Shown here: positions 1 to 14,534 of the stretch, in pieces
Numbering within the stretch: the first letter of the stretch is position 1
Layout: each line of letters begins with the position of its first letter
Assembly (NCBI GenBank): GCA_964016885.1
Contig: OZ024740.1
Coordinates: forward strand, 339,202,001-339,266,000
Reading direction: 5' to 3'
Length of the DNA: 64,000 nt
DNA from: Eledone cirrhosa
Taxonomy: Eukaryota
Position numbers and translations under genes: made by a program
The notes under the pieces: model-generated
The model's database searches: none
What the model saw: only the letters and a program-made list of their open reading frames with translations
Told to the model about the DNA's origin: nothing

Positions 1-599
1 CATGACACTCAGTGCCACGGGTGTGACACCTTCACTATTGAATGTTTCCTAACATTTACCCTTCTCCCACCATTTCCCAATTCTATCCACCTCTACGTTA
101 GTAGTGACTTCACATTTTTTTAGCCTAGTCATTTATGGTTGCACCACCATATTGTCGTACCTGAAGCTAGTCAACTCCTCTCATGACCATACCACGAAAT
201 GAAATGTAATGGCAATGATCATATTCATTACCACCTCCTTTTCTACACAGCCCCTCACAGCTGCTACAGTGTGTGTCTATCTGTATGTATATCTAGAAAT
301 TCATATACATTCTTGTACAACCCATTGTACAACATTGGTCAGTTCACACTCACTCACACATCCACACTCTCACACATACATTCACGCACGCACGTCCACC
401 CCAGCTATACAATAATTACCTCCCTTCCTAAACCTCTTTAATGTGAAAGATACCTCTTGACCAGCATATCTCCAAAATGGCTGGCTGAGTACGCCAGTAT
501 GTGTTCTTTTTTTTGTTGTTTTCTTTTTTCTTGGTTTTTTCTGTTCCTTCCACTTCTCACTCTTTATTTTTCTATTTCACTTTTCTTTCCTTAATTCTA

Positions 600-635
600 T
601 CTTCTAATGAACAACTAGTGTCCAAAACGTTAAGA
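600..635 (+). ncRNA. degenerate minimal hammerhead-like motif (possible old PLE pLTR remnant)
   Basis: TCTT-CTAATGA-ACAACTAGTGTCC-AAAA-CG-TT-AAGA. Stem I is TCTT/AAGA with palindromic ACGT, but the core has G5A and G12A changes. Confidence 0.3.
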
Positions 636-1998
636 CGTCTATCTTGTTATTTCTTCAATGTGCTGTGTCGTTTGCTTTGTTATTTCTATTTACTTTTTAC
701 ACACATATGTGTGTGTGTATATATAAAAACGTATATCTGTGTGTGTATATATACATATATATGTATGTATGTGTGTGTGTGTATATATATATATATAAGA
801 GTGAGTGAGTGAGAGAGAGAGAACAAATAGACAGCATCTTTGGCAGAGAACGTTTTAGAACATTTGCTCTACACCTGTTTGTCTTACATTTGTGCTCCAT
901 ATATTATAAATAAAAAAATTTTGTGACGATTTTCACTGACAAACAAAAAACTGTGCAGTTATTATGATATAGGTTGAGGTTTTGTCTTTCAGAATGTTAT
1001 ATTTATGATTCTGTACTAGGCAAGAAGACAAAAAAAAATAACTAGGAATTACAAAATATACTCTAAATGTAATTAAAGGTTCAGTTTTTAACAGCTGAAG
1101 ACATTTCCAATCAGTTCTAATTTATTTGTAGAATGAATATTTACTGACACCCCCCCTTCCAAATTGCCCTGCACACCATGAAATGTTTTGATTTTAACAA
1201 TCAACAATTAAGAAAAGCGTAAATGGACAAATAAATTAGCTAATTATTTTAGGCATTTATAATTCATCATTTTCAATACAGCTCTAATACATTGTGACAT
1301 CTTCTTAAACTAATCATGATGCCACACAATCTATCCATCTATCACGAGTATTTCAAAACGTTCACCAATAAAATCCGTTTCTGTTGTTGTAAAATAAATC
1401 ACTGAAATCTTAAACAGATTTTAGAATTACCTTCCATCGCTTTGAATTATGTTGGATCTAACACTATCTTCTTTTCTGATCTCTTTAAGTTGAGCCTTCA
1501 AACATGATTCCTTTATACAAGACATTATATTATATGACAAGTAAGATCCTCTACATGGCAATTTATATTTCATATATGCATTCAACACACACACACATAT
1601 ACACATACTTACTTTAAGACACAAATTTAAAATGCCTATGGACGAAATTTCTATTTATATTCATCGGGGTACTTGGCTAATGTTGATTTGTACAGCTAGG
1701 ATGAGCTTTTGTGCTTGCACCATTTCTTTCCAACATTTGAAAATCTTTCTCATTCGATTTTTATTGTTCACTACCATGCAATATCATATTTTATATACAA
1801 ACATCAAGGTATATGTATGTGTGTGTGAGAACGAGAGGGAGAGAAGTAATAGTGGTGGTGCAGCAATGATAGAATCCACCCAGTACACTTTTTAAACTGG
1901 CTTGTGTTAAGAAGGGCATCTAGTGGTAGAAACCATACCCAAAACAAAAAGAACTCGCATATTCAACCCATGACAGTATAGAAAAATATGTAAATTGA

Positions 1999-2045
<47 letters not shown>

Positions 2046-2047
<2 letters not shown>

Positions 2048-2200
2048 TCATCATCATCTTTTAACATCTATTTTTCCATGCTTACATGGGTTAGACAGGT
2101 TGTCACGTTATAAGACAAGTCAGATCCAGAGATCACATCTTGCTCATACAGATCTGTATTCTGGCTTGCTTTCTACAGCTGGATGCCTTTCCCAACACTA
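2046..2200 (-). mobile_element. SINE/RTE shared 3' tail fragment
   Basis: (CAT)n followed by ...ttctacagctggatgcctttcccaacac, the same tail seen in the RTE 3' UTRs and SINEs of this window. Confidence 0.6.
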
Positions 2201-2230
2201 ACTACATATATGTGTGTGTGTGTATATATA

Positions 2231-2378
2231 CATCATCATCATCTTACGTCTGCTTTTCCCTGCATGCAAGGGTTGGATGGGTCCTATTCAGCACAGCATC
2301 TCTCCACTTGTCACAGTCCTTCATCATCTCCTCGGTGAGTCTCAGCGATCTGAGGCCTGCTCTCACCACCTCCGCCCA
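2231..2378 (-). mobile_element. RTE LINE 3'-end fragment
   Basis: Minus strand translates to WAEVVRAGLRSLRLTEEMMKDCDKWRDAV, similar to the RTE C-terminus at 27143, and ends in an (ATG)n tail. Confidence 0.6.
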
Positions 2379-3085
2379 TGTTATATATAGACTGGAGGTA
2401 TTCCCCTATATCCACTCGACTTCTTCCCATGCATTGTGTGTGTGTGTGTCAGTTACCATATTTATATCAACATTAGTTTACATCCCACATAAATACGACA
2501 TCCCACAATGTAGCAGTTCAACAAACACCAGCAGTAAAGAATATAGTTAGGATAATGAACAAGTTAATATCTATGCTTATTTCTTGTTTTTTCACAGACA
2601 TGACTGTTATGGATTGTTCTGATGAAAGAAAATGAATATCAATATGAAATTATCTCACATGTAGAAAACAAACTTTATCAAAGCTGTACTACTAATTCAT
2701 ATCAAAGTACATTTTATTATAAAGGACGTTTTTGTTAAATGAAATTATCTATTTCACACATTTATAAATTTGTTGTTGTTGTTTAGCCCCAGGTCAGCTT
2801 TGATCAAGTAGATTTTGATTAAAGTCATTCCAGCTGTGATTGGATGGTCATTTTTTTAAACATAAGATTTCTAGGACAATATTATCCAATTCACCTCTCC
2901 TTTATTAAGGGTGTGATTTGAGGAAAATTTAACTATTATTTTTAGCAGGCTGTATGATCTCATAGGCTTACTCATTGATTTGAGTTTGTTACACATTGTA
3001 AAATGCAGTAGATTAATTCTGGTAAAGAATTCTGGATTTATTAGGTTTATTATAGTAATGTATTTCCAAATATAACCATGGCATG

Positions 3086-3287
3086 TATGAGGCTCAGCTG
3101 AAAAGTTCGTAGGCTGATCAAGATCCTCTCATGGAATGACCAAATGAGGCTTATTTTTCAACATAGTCCCTGGAAAGAAACAATGAAGGTATGAATAAGA
3201 AGAGCTGAAATTAATGCATGCAAGATTTCACAGCACTAGCATCATTCCTTCAAAGCCATCCTATGAACTTTTCAGCCTACCTTGGTA
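3086..3287. mobile_element. mariner-type MITE
   Basis: Imperfect TIRs ..gctgaaaagttcgtagg / cctatgaacttttcagc.., bounded by TA. Confidence 0.6.
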
Positions 3288-3460
3288 TCATAATCATAAC
3301 CATGTCATATAACCCCAAACAATACATTTCCAAATATAACCATGTTAAGTATAGCCCCAAACAAAATACATTTTCAATTATAACCATGTTATGTATGAAC
3401 CCAACCATGTACAAAATAAGAAAATAAATAAGTAACAAAAAAATATAAATTAAATGGATA

Positions 3461-3635
3461 ATTGTTTCTACTTTTGGCACAAGGCCATCAATTATCCCAG
3501 TGCATTACTGGTACTTTATTTTATCGACCCCCGTAAGGATGAAAGGCAAAGTCAACCTCGGCAGGATTTGAACTCAGATCGTAAAGGGACGTAACTATGC
3601 TGGAAAGCATGGCGTCCGACCCTGCTTTCCAGCAT
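3461..3635 (-). mobile_element. tRNA-derived SINE, Meta-domain-like family (partial)
   Basis: Minus-strand B-box GAGTTCAAATCC and central gcctttcatccttacggggtcgataaaat. Same family at 45486 and 62974. Confidence 0.7.
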
Positions 3636-4209
3636 TAAATGGATAATAAGGACTGATTTTGTGTAGATCAAAGATCTGTATATGCAAGTTGTATTTTATT
3701 ATAATTTATTTATTTTCATTTGTTAGGTTTTGGCTTAAAAGTTAAATCAATATTCTGAGTAGTGCCATCAACTCTTGGGGGTTGACAGCATACTTTTCGT
3801 GGAGCTATGAGTCAAACGCTTGTTCTTGACCTTATCCAACTTGGGTATGTCTGATCTATCGAAATTTGCTTTTGTCATTGTTGTTTAGCTCCACGTGAAC
3901 TGTGATTCAGCAAATCTATGACCAAAGACATTCTAATCTTGACCATCCTGTCTTTTTCTATATCCAACACTACTTTATCTACTGTCATTCCTTTCAGTAC
4001 CTTTAGCTCTAAATGAAGAATTCCATCTGTAAATGGGTAGTAGAATTAATCTGTCACCTAGTTTAAACTGTCTGAAACTACTCCTGGTTCTATGATACAA
4101 AACTGCCTGTGTTAATTGTTCATACTTATTATTAAAGCATTTCATCATAATTATATTTAAGACATTTTGTTAAGTAATGTTCCAAACATCAGCTTAGTTA
4201 TGGAGAAGT

Positions 4210-4780
4210 TATATACATGTCTGTTGTAAAAGTAGACAATTGCTAAGCCCCTTTAAAGTAGACCATTGTGCTTTCATGCACTTAAACCAGCAATTCTTTC
4301 ATTGTTGGTAGTACATTTGGAATCCTTCTTCTAAGATGGCTCTCATTCCACTGTTGCAGTCTGCATGATCTCCTTTCAGCTCTCAAAGCTTGGCTTTCAA
4401 TGTCATTATCTTTTCTTAGAAGCCATGCAAATGAACAAAATACCTTTCTTTGCTGAGAGACTTTGGATCAGCTGTGACAAATGAGCTAGGGGTGTTGTCA
4501 TGACACAGATACCAGTTTTAAGAAATCTTCAGATCCAGTCTCTTACACCAACCTGTATGACAAAGACATCCTCAGAGTACTCCTTTGTACCTGTTTATCC
4601 TTCTCTCATGTATTAATGATGTACAATGCCTTGGTATTTGAAGATAACACTCAGCATCAACTTGATTTTCCTCTGCATAAAACATGGACCTCGGTGATAT
4701 TGAATTCTTTCACTGTGGTGACTGAGCCTTGATTTCTGGGTCATATCCATACACCCTAGGAACTCAGGGTCGTTGTTTAT
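4210..4780 (-). pseudogene. degenerate mariner transposase remnant
   Basis: Minus strand gives VYGYDPEIK (~4730-4755) and HDNTP (~4490-4503), matching mariner WVYGYDPETK and HDNAxxH motifs; many stops. Confidence 0.55.
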
Positions 4781-5513
4781 CAAGTTCCATCATAACAGGT
4801 GAAATGAAAATGCAATGTGTGAGTAGTACAGCATCTCACATGCTGGCTGCCTGGCAGCAACTAATACATCTAGCAAGTTTGCCAAAAACCATTCATGTAC
4901 ATGAATATATGCAGCTCCATTCTACACACGTTTTCTCTATTACCTCATTATATCCCTTGGAAAAAATGAAGTTAGACACTTTTTCAACAAAACTTGTATT
5001 TTACTAAATTTCAGCCAATTTTGGTTACTTTCAAAATTATTTTAAACATATGGGCTGTGTATTTTCATTACAGGGTTAACACCACCTGGTCTCCATCTCC
5101 AGTGCTTTTATAGCAGAGTTTACTCTGTTGCAATCATTCAGACAATATCTCTAGTCAGAAGAGAAACTTCTTGTCTTCCTTTCACCAGTCTTGGGAGGTC
5201 ATAAGCACTGCCCTTCTTCTGAAATCTAAATCCTAAAAAGAATTACAAAAATTAAAAGAAGTATGGTTCTTGTTCTCACAGAAAACTATTTTCCAACTTA
5301 TATACTTAGGCAGCTATTGATTAAACGTCTCTGTTTGTCTAGTTGTTGATGTATATATATTTTTAATATTGAATAAGGAGTAACTAAGTAGACATTTTTA
5401 GTTGATAAATGCCTTTACGTGAAATCTATATGTATTATATTTAAAGGTAGTTCCAATGATAGATTCTATATTTTCCTAATGTCATAATAAACATAAGAGA
5501 TTCAGAATATATG

Positions 5514-5738
5514 TTAACCCTTTCATTACCATATTTCTCATGAAAAACACATTGCCTATGGTTTTCATATAATTTTGAAAATGATTAAGCTGGTGTTTTA
5601 AACATAACATTAAAAAGGTTCTTACATAAAATTATGATGGAAGGTTTAAATCTAATTTAAATATAAATACTTTAGATAAACAGCTTTGTATTATAAGACT
5701 AGAGGCAATTTCAGGCAGGTTGGTATCAAAAGGGTTAA
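5514..5738. mobile_element. piggyBac-type MITE
   Basis: TTAA-CCCTTT...AAAGGG-TTAA termini. Related copies at 7492 and 9320. Confidence 0.7.
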
Positions 5739-6829
5739 TATATTAGAATTTATATTCTCATTTGATTTTATACTTTTTATTGTCAATGACAAATCATCAC
5801 AGTTATGACATACTACATTCTGTTTTCTATTGTTAGAACAACATTAACATCTTCAAGCATTTTCATATTATGCAGAAGACTGTGAAAGGGAGAAGATATA
5901 TATCCTTCTGGGGACTTTTAAACTGAATGATAGAGAAAGATGATTCAGTTTAATATAGTTAATGCTTTGAACTCATTAGCCTAGTATTCTAGCCCCAGCA
6001 ATAGTTGACAATGATCTGCCAGCTGAGCATTCCATTCTGCCACACACTTCAGTTTAGTACCACTATTCATACTGCTTTCTGCACAAATTGGCTATCATTT
6101 TACATTATTGTTGTAGCCTGACTTCTTCAGGATGTCATGTCCATATATTTATTACCTTTCTCTCTATGTTTAAGTAACAATTTTTTCCAGTGATTTTCAT
6201 GTGGACGTTCCAGGTTAGTGTCGAAATACATGACAGAGGTGTGGATTCAAAGGGTTAATGTTCTGTTTAATCTATTAAATGTTAGTGTATGAAGAGAAAC
6301 GTGGTCAGAGTGAGTTGGGAAAGTCCTAGAGAGATATTGTTCTGAAGAGATGGGCTGGACAGTATTTGGATGATTGATCAGGATAGGGGGTTACAGAAAA
6401 ATAAATAACTGCATTTAGTAATTGAACATTGGCCATAATCGCAGCAATAAAAATAATAGTAAAAACACATCAACAGTTGAATAGTGATTGTGATGTTTAT
6501 GTATGAAGGTTGTGGCTTTTGTTTAGCTCAGTCTCATGATGAAAAATATTCCTGGTGTAACCAACCAAAATTCATTTTGGGGATAGTATATCTAGGATTA
6601 CATTATCAAATGGCTCCTTCCTTTTTTAAGAGATATTTTTAGAGAGATATTTAACTGATTTAGCATAATATACCATGTAGAGGTTCCCTTGTTAGTTTGA
6701 CTGTGTAATTGGTTCACTATATTATTTCTTGAGACTCCAGTGTAGAATTTTCTTTACTTTTATATGACTTAGAGGAAGAAGAATACACCTGGGAATTTTC
6801 TCAGAGCCTTATGCAAAGAAGTTATAATG

Positions 6830-9270
6830 AAATATTTTATTGCAGAAATCAGCAGAGAAAACAAAGAGAATCTAAAAAATCAATATAGATTGGGTGACAA
6901 AAATGTAAGTGATAACCGACTGATCCATTGTGTCATAATAATAATAGTTTAGTAGTCATTAATACTCTTTTCTAGCAATCACCAAGGACATTATATACAG
7001 GGAAGAATTCAGTAGAAATAACAAAAAAGACAGATAGACAGTATAATATGAAAGTTATAAAAACATACTCTGAAGCATATATTAATTCAGGCCATAATTC
7101 GGTAGTAATTAAATTACAAATCAAATTCAAGAAAATCTAAATGCCTAGACTAGAACAATTAAACTTAAACTTGCTAAAACAGACAGAATACAAACAGAAA
7201 AATAATGTGTAAATACAAAGCAAGTATGACTATTTACACAATGAAGAATAAATACAAAAAACATATAATAGAGAACAAATAGAAAAAATGGAACCCAATT
7301 AAAACTTGAATGCAAACATCTCTAAAGAAAACACTGATTGAAAGGGAGAAGGTAAGGAATAAAAATGGTTAACTGATGAAATTCTATGAAAATTTAAAGA
7401 AATACAAGAATAAAGATTAAAATAGATACAATACCCTAAATAAATAAACTTGTTCTGAATATAGAACAGCACATACCAAATGGATGGATGGTTAACCCCT
7501 TCAATACCATATTTCTAAAGAAAAAAACTGCCTATGATTTTCAATTTATTTTGAAAATAATGAAGAATTTAAAGTGATTTAGTAGAACAACTTTTTCATT
7601 ATTAAGCTGGTCTTTGAAACATAAAATGTTGATGGAAGGATTAAATATAAATATTTTTCAACAAATGCTTAGCATTGTATAACCAGGAGCAGTTTCAGGT
7701 AGCTTTGTATTAGAAAAGTTAATGCCAAGAATTAAAAAAAAATTAATAACCAGCATACATCCATAGAAATGTATAAAATAATTGATATCACAAACAGCAG
7801 ATGCATGTGTAAAGAAGCTGGTAACATTGAGGTCAAAAATTGAAACATACTGTTTAATTATAGACAGGTTTCATCTAGATATGTTGAATACATAAAAGAA
7901 CTGCATGATGATGAGACCAGAACACCTATACCCTAATTTTAAGGTTGCAGATGGAAACATAATCTTAAAAGTACAAGAAGCAATAGAGTTAATGAAAGAT
8001 AAGGAAAGGCAGCTGTGAGGAATGATATACCAGCAAAATCATTAAAAGCATTAGATAATCACAACCTAGAACTAATAACAGATTTATGTAATATATGAGA
8101 GGAGACACATACCAAGATGAAACAAACCATCTTCGTTCTATAACCAAAGAAATCAAAAACTCAGGACTTTACAGAGTGTAGAATCATGAATATAATGAAT
8201 CATTTCACTAAACTACAACTATAAATTGCCCAACAAAGAATTACAAGAAGAAAAAATGAATAAAAAGTCAACTGTGAAGTGATTTAAGACCAGTAATTGG
8301 AACTTACAATGGAATGTTTAACCAAAGAACCATATAGGAAAGAGCTCTAGATATAAATCAAAATGTTCACATATGTTTTGTAGAGTATACCATTTGACAA
8401 TGGTGGTAAAAACTAAATAGAGAAAATTCCTCAAATTTAAAAGTAAGGAGTCAGGCAAATTTTTGTACTATCTTGTTGCTTATTTAACCTACTCATTGTG
8501 ATCTTTGCAGAAACAGAAAACATTCCAGCATTGTCAATATGTGGTATGAACAGGAGGTAAAGACTTCAGACATGCAGGGAATAGTAACTTATTTACTTTC
8601 AATAGAGATGACCTACAGAACATTGTAACTACAGTAAATTGCAAAGGAATGTTCTATGGAGTGGAAATAAATGTAAAAAAAAAAAAAATCACAAGGAAGC
8701 AGTAGTCACCCGAAATAAATATTACAATTTAGGGAAAGCTAATTGAATAGACAGCAAAGATAATAAAACTGGGATATAGGCAATCAAAAAATAGGAAATG
8801 TGGAGCAAAAATCGAAAGAAAAATTGTGATAGTTAAAAAAATGTCAAACATTCTAACATGATGAAATATTAATATCGAAACCTAGAAAAAGCTATTAAAA
8901 TATTATAAATAGGTCACTCTTGTATATGAAGCTGAAACATAAACGTTAATAAAATTATTATCAAACAGAATAGAAACCTTTGAGAAGTGGGTCGATAAAA
9001 TAATTTTGATAAAGTACTAAGAGCAGCAAAAACTACAACAAAATTATTAGAAACCTTCAAAGAGAGAAAGCAAAAATAGTTTGGACACTTAATGAGAAAA
9101 ATTGGATTACTGAGACTATTTAGTAGAACATAAAATGGAGGAAGGGAAAAACAAAGAATACATGGATGGATATCTAGAATTGAACACAGACTTAAACTAC
9201 TGTCAATGTATTACAGCATAAGAAAGACCAAGATGGCAATCCATGCTATTCACCATGTTGTTAGCAGACA
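6830..9270 (+). pseudogene. highly degenerate RTE-like LINE
   Basis: A-rich, with remnant motifs NQID-like (~6880), YEAET (~8925) and FGHLMR (~9080); many stops and frameshifts. Confidence 0.55.
7492..7722. mobile_element. piggyBac-type MITE nested in old LINE
   Basis: ttaacccctt..., internal similarity to 5514-5738, ends in ttaa. Confidence 0.55.
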
Positions 9271-9319
9271 ATATTCATCAGTGCTGGTGTGATCATTCTG
9301 CAATTATTCAGAAGAAAAA

Positions 9320-9483
9320 TTAATCACTTTGTTACCATATTTCTATTGGAAGGTACTTATGATTTTCAAATACTCAAGAATTTGGAAACCTTTAGTGATA
9401 TATCTAATTTTAAATGATAAACGTTTAAAAACAAACAGTCTTTTATTGTAGAATTAGGAATGATTTGGTATCAAATGGGTTAA
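9320..9483. mobile_element. piggyBac-type MITE (degenerate)
   Basis: ttaatcactttgttaccatatttct ... ggtatcaaatgggttaa. Confidence 0.5.
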
Positions 9484-10427
9484 TGTTACCAATCTCTTAG
9501 GGCCTGTGAAGCTTCTTTCTCCAGAGCACACAGAAAAAAATATCCAGTATTGTGTAAGATGTGTGTATTCATTGTAGGAGTTTAGCAATTGTTCTGTTTT
9601 ATGCTAGCTTTTTTTAACAACTCTAATAGACTTTCTTAGAAAGCTTACGGCTATTCAAAGTGTTGAAAACTCCATTTTAAAAATTAACTTTCTCTTTATA
9701 TTTTAACCTTAGCATGTTGAAATGTATTTAAAAACTGCCAAAAATATATTCACTTTAAATATTAGCTTTTCTTTTAATCACATAATTCAGAGTTAGGTTC
9801 TACACTTTGGTGGCTATTCAGTTTAATGTATTTGGATAGAGCTTTCATATTGTACTACTAATATAAAAATACAGTAGGTAAATATATTTGACATTTTCAG
9901 CTGTTTAACAATATGCTGATGTAGTTTTCTTTTAAAGTTTACAATTCTTAGTTTCTTTATAGATAAGATTTATTTTAACTCTTAACATCCTGTATTGCTT
10001 TAGCAAGGCATTCTTGAAAAGTACAAAACAACACTATGACTGCATCACATTTAAACTGAAGTCTTTAAGTCATTACTCTATTACTGTAAAATTTTACAGT
10101 AAAAATACTATAAATATTTGAATTAAGAAACCCATATTTAACTATTTTCTGCTAAATCATTATAGGATGTTATAAGTTTTATTTTCCTTTGCAATTTCAC
10201 TTCCACTGTATCTCATACATATCATGGCTAAAACATTGAGAAAACATATTCACCATCACCATCATCATTGTTTTTAGCCTACTTTTCGAAAGTATAGCAC
10301 TTTCTCCACATATCCTTACATGTTAAAACACTTAACTGCAGGACATTATGTGGGTTATAAACAAACATCACCAGTTTCTTTTAAATGAAGACACACACAC
10401 ACGTGCATATATGTTTGTATATATATA

Positions 10428-10830
10428 TCATCATCATCATCGCTTAATGTCTATCTTCCATGTTAGCATGGGTTAGACGGGATTGTCCCACTTGAGGCAA
10501 GATTGATTGCATGACTATGTCTTGCTTGTATAGAACTATATCTGGCAGGTTTTCTACAGCTGGATGCCCTTCCTAACACCAACCAAATGTAATGTGGACT
10601 GGGAGCCTTTTTACCGTGTCTCCTACATGACCATTTTACAGCATGGACTGGGTGCTTTTTGTCATGACACCTACACAACCACATTAGTGTGGACTGGATG
10701 TTCTGTGGTACCAACATGACTTTACAGAGAAAGGAAGGTGTGGGTGGATGGAGTAGTGGTAGTGGGCTGGGGTGTATATTTGGTTAAGAGGTGCCTACTG
10801 ACTGTAGGTTTAACTTTGTACATAAGGGAA
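10428..10830 (-). mobile_element. RTE 3' UTR fragment
   Basis: Aligns by eye with 24283-24674 and 26632-27143 (cccacttgaggcaag...gaggtgcctactgactgtaggttt). Confidence 0.7.
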
Positions 10831-10835
10831 GGAGG

Positions 10836-10880
<45 letters not shown>

Positions 10881-12001
10881 AGAGAGAGAGACTTCACCTT
10901 ACTTTAACTGTTGTAGAAATGAGAAAATGATTAAGTAAATTTACAATATTATACATGATTAGGTATGAAAATTAGCGCATTAAAACATTGTTTGAATCTA
11001 TATGGCTTAACAATTAGATCATTGTGATCTGAAACTAACAATAAACAATTAATACCTCATTGAATGTGATGGATGATAGAAAGTTGAACAGTAATATTGT
11101 GTTGTGAAGGTGACGGCCATCTTTCTCTTTTTAGCTCTCATCAAAGAACGTTCATTATCTCATAAGAAACAGTTCACTGTAAAATATTGTCCATATTTTT
11201 AGAGTTAACATCTATTTAGTCTCCAAACAGAAAAATTTCTTTTTAAATAGGGAAAAGAACAATACTACTATTGACAGTTTTCTTATAATAAAATTAGATT
11301 ATTTTTTAAATACATTGTATAATTTTATATTTCATGATGTAGGTTCTGTGAATATTCCATTATAACTTGTCAAAATAATTTCTAACAAGACAAACACACT
11401 TCAAACTATTGCTATAACTAAATGAACAGCTGTTTTTAATAGCATCCTCACAAATCTATTTTTGAATGAAATGAAGCCATCATTAAGTCCTTTGGTTGAA
11501 TGTCCATGAAAGCTGATATCTTTTGTTAACAATATAGGCGTTGTTTGTCTTTCAGGTATATTCACTAGTAAGATTGAGTAATCTCAGTTAATTTAGATAA
11601 TTTAGTGATAACTGGTAGATAAAATTGACAGTTGTTTGCTTACAACCGTTTACACTGAGTGGAGTTTATAATTGACAAAGCTTATATGGATAAAGTTTGT
11701 TTTAGGCATGCTGCCAGTTGAGAAGTTTTCTGTTTGATATAGTCATGATAGTAACTATAACAACAGTTTGTGTCATGAAATGAAATTATAGCCAAGAAAA
11801 CTAGCGTTAATTGTTCATTGATCTAGGGAGAGTGTACCCAGAAGGTGATCAGATGTTAGGCTTGTTGCCCTAAATATACATTTCAAATAATAACTTACGC
11901 TTCAGCTGATTGTAGGTTTCATATATCTGCAAACTGAACTTTGGTCAGCAGCTGCTACTAACATTGACCATTGGAAAACTAACTCAATTTCTATTGCTAT
12001 G

Positions 12002-12048
<47 letters not shown>

Positions 12049-13626
12049 CACAGTAAATTTCTCCATCTCCATCCAAATACATACATGCTAATTAGTTTCA
12101 ATTCAGATGTTTACTTGAGGAATGTCTACATTTAATTTCGTTTTTCAGATGTGAATTTGACTTCAAAATTATTAGTCTGTAATTGTCCACAGAGAAAAAT
12201 CTATATGCTGAACATTTTATATATATATTGGAATCTATGAAGGAAGAAGCAAATGCTTTTGTCTGTTTATATATAATGCAGCTGTTAATTCTATATATAA
12301 CATCAGTGACCTATCTCAAATTCTCATTATTATTGGAATTGCTAAAAATGTCTTGAAACATTTAAAAAAAAACTTGACTTCCTGTTTAGAGCAGTTATAT
12401 ATTTTGCTCTTGTGCAATAGTTTAACATTGTACAAACATAAAACATTCTACATAAAACATTCTAGTCATTTAAAAAAAAAATTTGATTAGCAAAACCATT
12501 TTCATAGTTTACTAAATCATCATCAATCTATCTTTTCTCCAGATTATTGTGGGTTGGATGGGTTGTCTGAACCATGTCTCACTTGTATGTTCCAGTTTTT
12601 ATCCAAGTTTCTATGACCAGATGCCCTTTCTAAGACCAACTACTTAACTGTGTACTTGATGCATTTTATTGTCCTGGTAATACTAGAGCTGCTGATATGT
12701 CTTCAACAGAACTAAAGGGTCCTCTAACTCTTCATTGTCTCTATTCAGTTTCCATCTATTCTATAGTCTACTAGGTGCATTTTATAATGGCTGGAGTTCT
12801 AGTGAGTTTGTCTTGAATCTTGTGAGACTAAAGCATACTCATGATCTTATGTTGTCTCCATTCCTTCAAGTTAATATGTCCCAGAGTATGAATAGAAAAG
12901 AGAATAATGACAGAAGAAATAGGGTAAATGGGTGAGAGGTTTAAAAGTTAAAAATGTTAAAGTCTGTCTCAACCTCTGATGCTCACCAGGGTGGAGCTTA
13001 TTCCAGTTTCGTTGGCATTAAGTAACTGGTAGTACAAGACTTATTTTATTCATCACTTTTTTGTTGCACCACTAGGTTACAAGACTTAAACAAACACAGT
13101 AAACATAAACACAGACATGGAGACACACACACACACATATATATATTATTGCTGTGGTGGAAGTAATTTTATCTACCAGTTATTACTAAAATGCCCCAAA
13201 TGGCTTGTGTCGCATATATCCCCTGACAACCAAAGTCCAGCTCCTAAGGTGACAATGTTTGGAACTGACAAAGGGGAATTACTGGCACTTTAAATCTTGT
13301 TGCTCTGAGTAGACAGAACTCATCAGCTTTGGGTGACAATCTGTCAAGCAGAAGGGTCAATCCGATTTCAAAACCAGAGTAGACATAACTCAGAAATCAT
13401 AATTATAACAACCTATTTGTGAGCAGAAACTTGGAAATAAACCTGGTTGGTATCAGAGTATGCAGTAAGTTCACTAGGAGGGAAGAATCCTGAGCTTTTG
13501 TTACAGCATTCTTCTAAAAGAGGGAAACTCGGAAGTGAAACATGATTTATGTAGTTACTTGCCTAGGTTTGTCATCAGATAATAATTATTGAGACTTAGC
13601 GAGTGGCACTTGTGTTTATTATTATA

Positions 13627-14265
13627 ATAAGCTTGAAACTAGTACAGCATTCCTTTGTCAGTGTTGAACAAACGAGCAACGATGGTTGCTGGACACTATG
13701 GCTTAATACGGGATGTTTGTTTACAAACACACTGAGCATTATAATAAATGTTCGGTGAATCCATACGTACATATATATGTGTGTGCATGTATGTATGTAT
13801 ATATATATACATACTACTGTACATCTGTATACATATATGTATGTGCGTGTACATACTTATATTTAAGTAACAGCCGTACTAAGAGTGGGAAATGAAATTT
13901 CGTTTCATTTTTTCCGTTTATCGTTTTCGGTGCACCTGGCCGATTAACCCACTCGATATGCAAATTGGGATACTCAGCCGTTAATATGCATAAGGTAAGT
14001 ATATACGTTCACAATCTGGCGGAAGGTATACGTTGTTGACGATAGCTAATAAACTTGAAACTAGTACAACGTTCCTTTGTCAGTGTTGAACAAACAAGCA
14101 ACGATGGTTGCTGGACACTACGGCTTAATACAGGATGTTTGTTTACAAACACACGGAGCATTATAATAAATGTTCGGTGAATCCATATATGTGTGCATGT
14201 ATGTGTATATATATACATACTACTGTACGTCTGAATACATATATGTATGTACGTGTACATACTTA
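13627..14265 (+). mobile_element. older HHR-bearing tandem element (family A, ~422-bp unit, ~1.5 copies)
   Basis: cttgaaactagtaca recurs at 13632 and 14054; homologous to the 474-bp unit at 37835-39164. Confidence 0.75.
14030..14072 (+). ncRNA. degenerate minimal hammerhead ribozyme (family A)
   Basis: ACGTTG-TTGACGA-TAGCTAATAAACTT-GAAA-CTAG-TA-CAACGT. Stem I covaries relative to the young copies; C3U core change. Confidence 0.6.
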
Positions 14266-14485
14266 TTTATATATATATTTATAGTATTAAGGATACTATT
14301 TATGGTTATGTATATACTAAAACCTTTTATAGTTATATATATTTTAAACCCTAAATAGTGAAAGACAGTAATTTATTACTATCTTATTACCAGTAAGATA
14401 AATAACTCAATGTAACAACATCAGTTGTTTTACAGAGCAGTTATATAGAAATTACATGAATCAAAGTTCTGTTTAAATCATTTAT

Positions 14486-14534
14486 TTGCTTACAATTGTT
14501 TCTTCCAAACCGTGGTTTGGTGTCTTCGGAGCAA
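14486..14534 (-). ncRNA. type-I hammerhead ribozyme fold (family B, left arm)
   Basis: Reverse complement of the 15574-15622 motif. Confidence 0.65.

Noticed and set aside
7370-7400. CTGATGA...GAAA motif
   Set aside because: No convincing stems, and it lies inside degenerate LINE coding sequence. The CTGANGA hits near 1095, 2619, 6342 and 13575 (minus strand) fail likewise.
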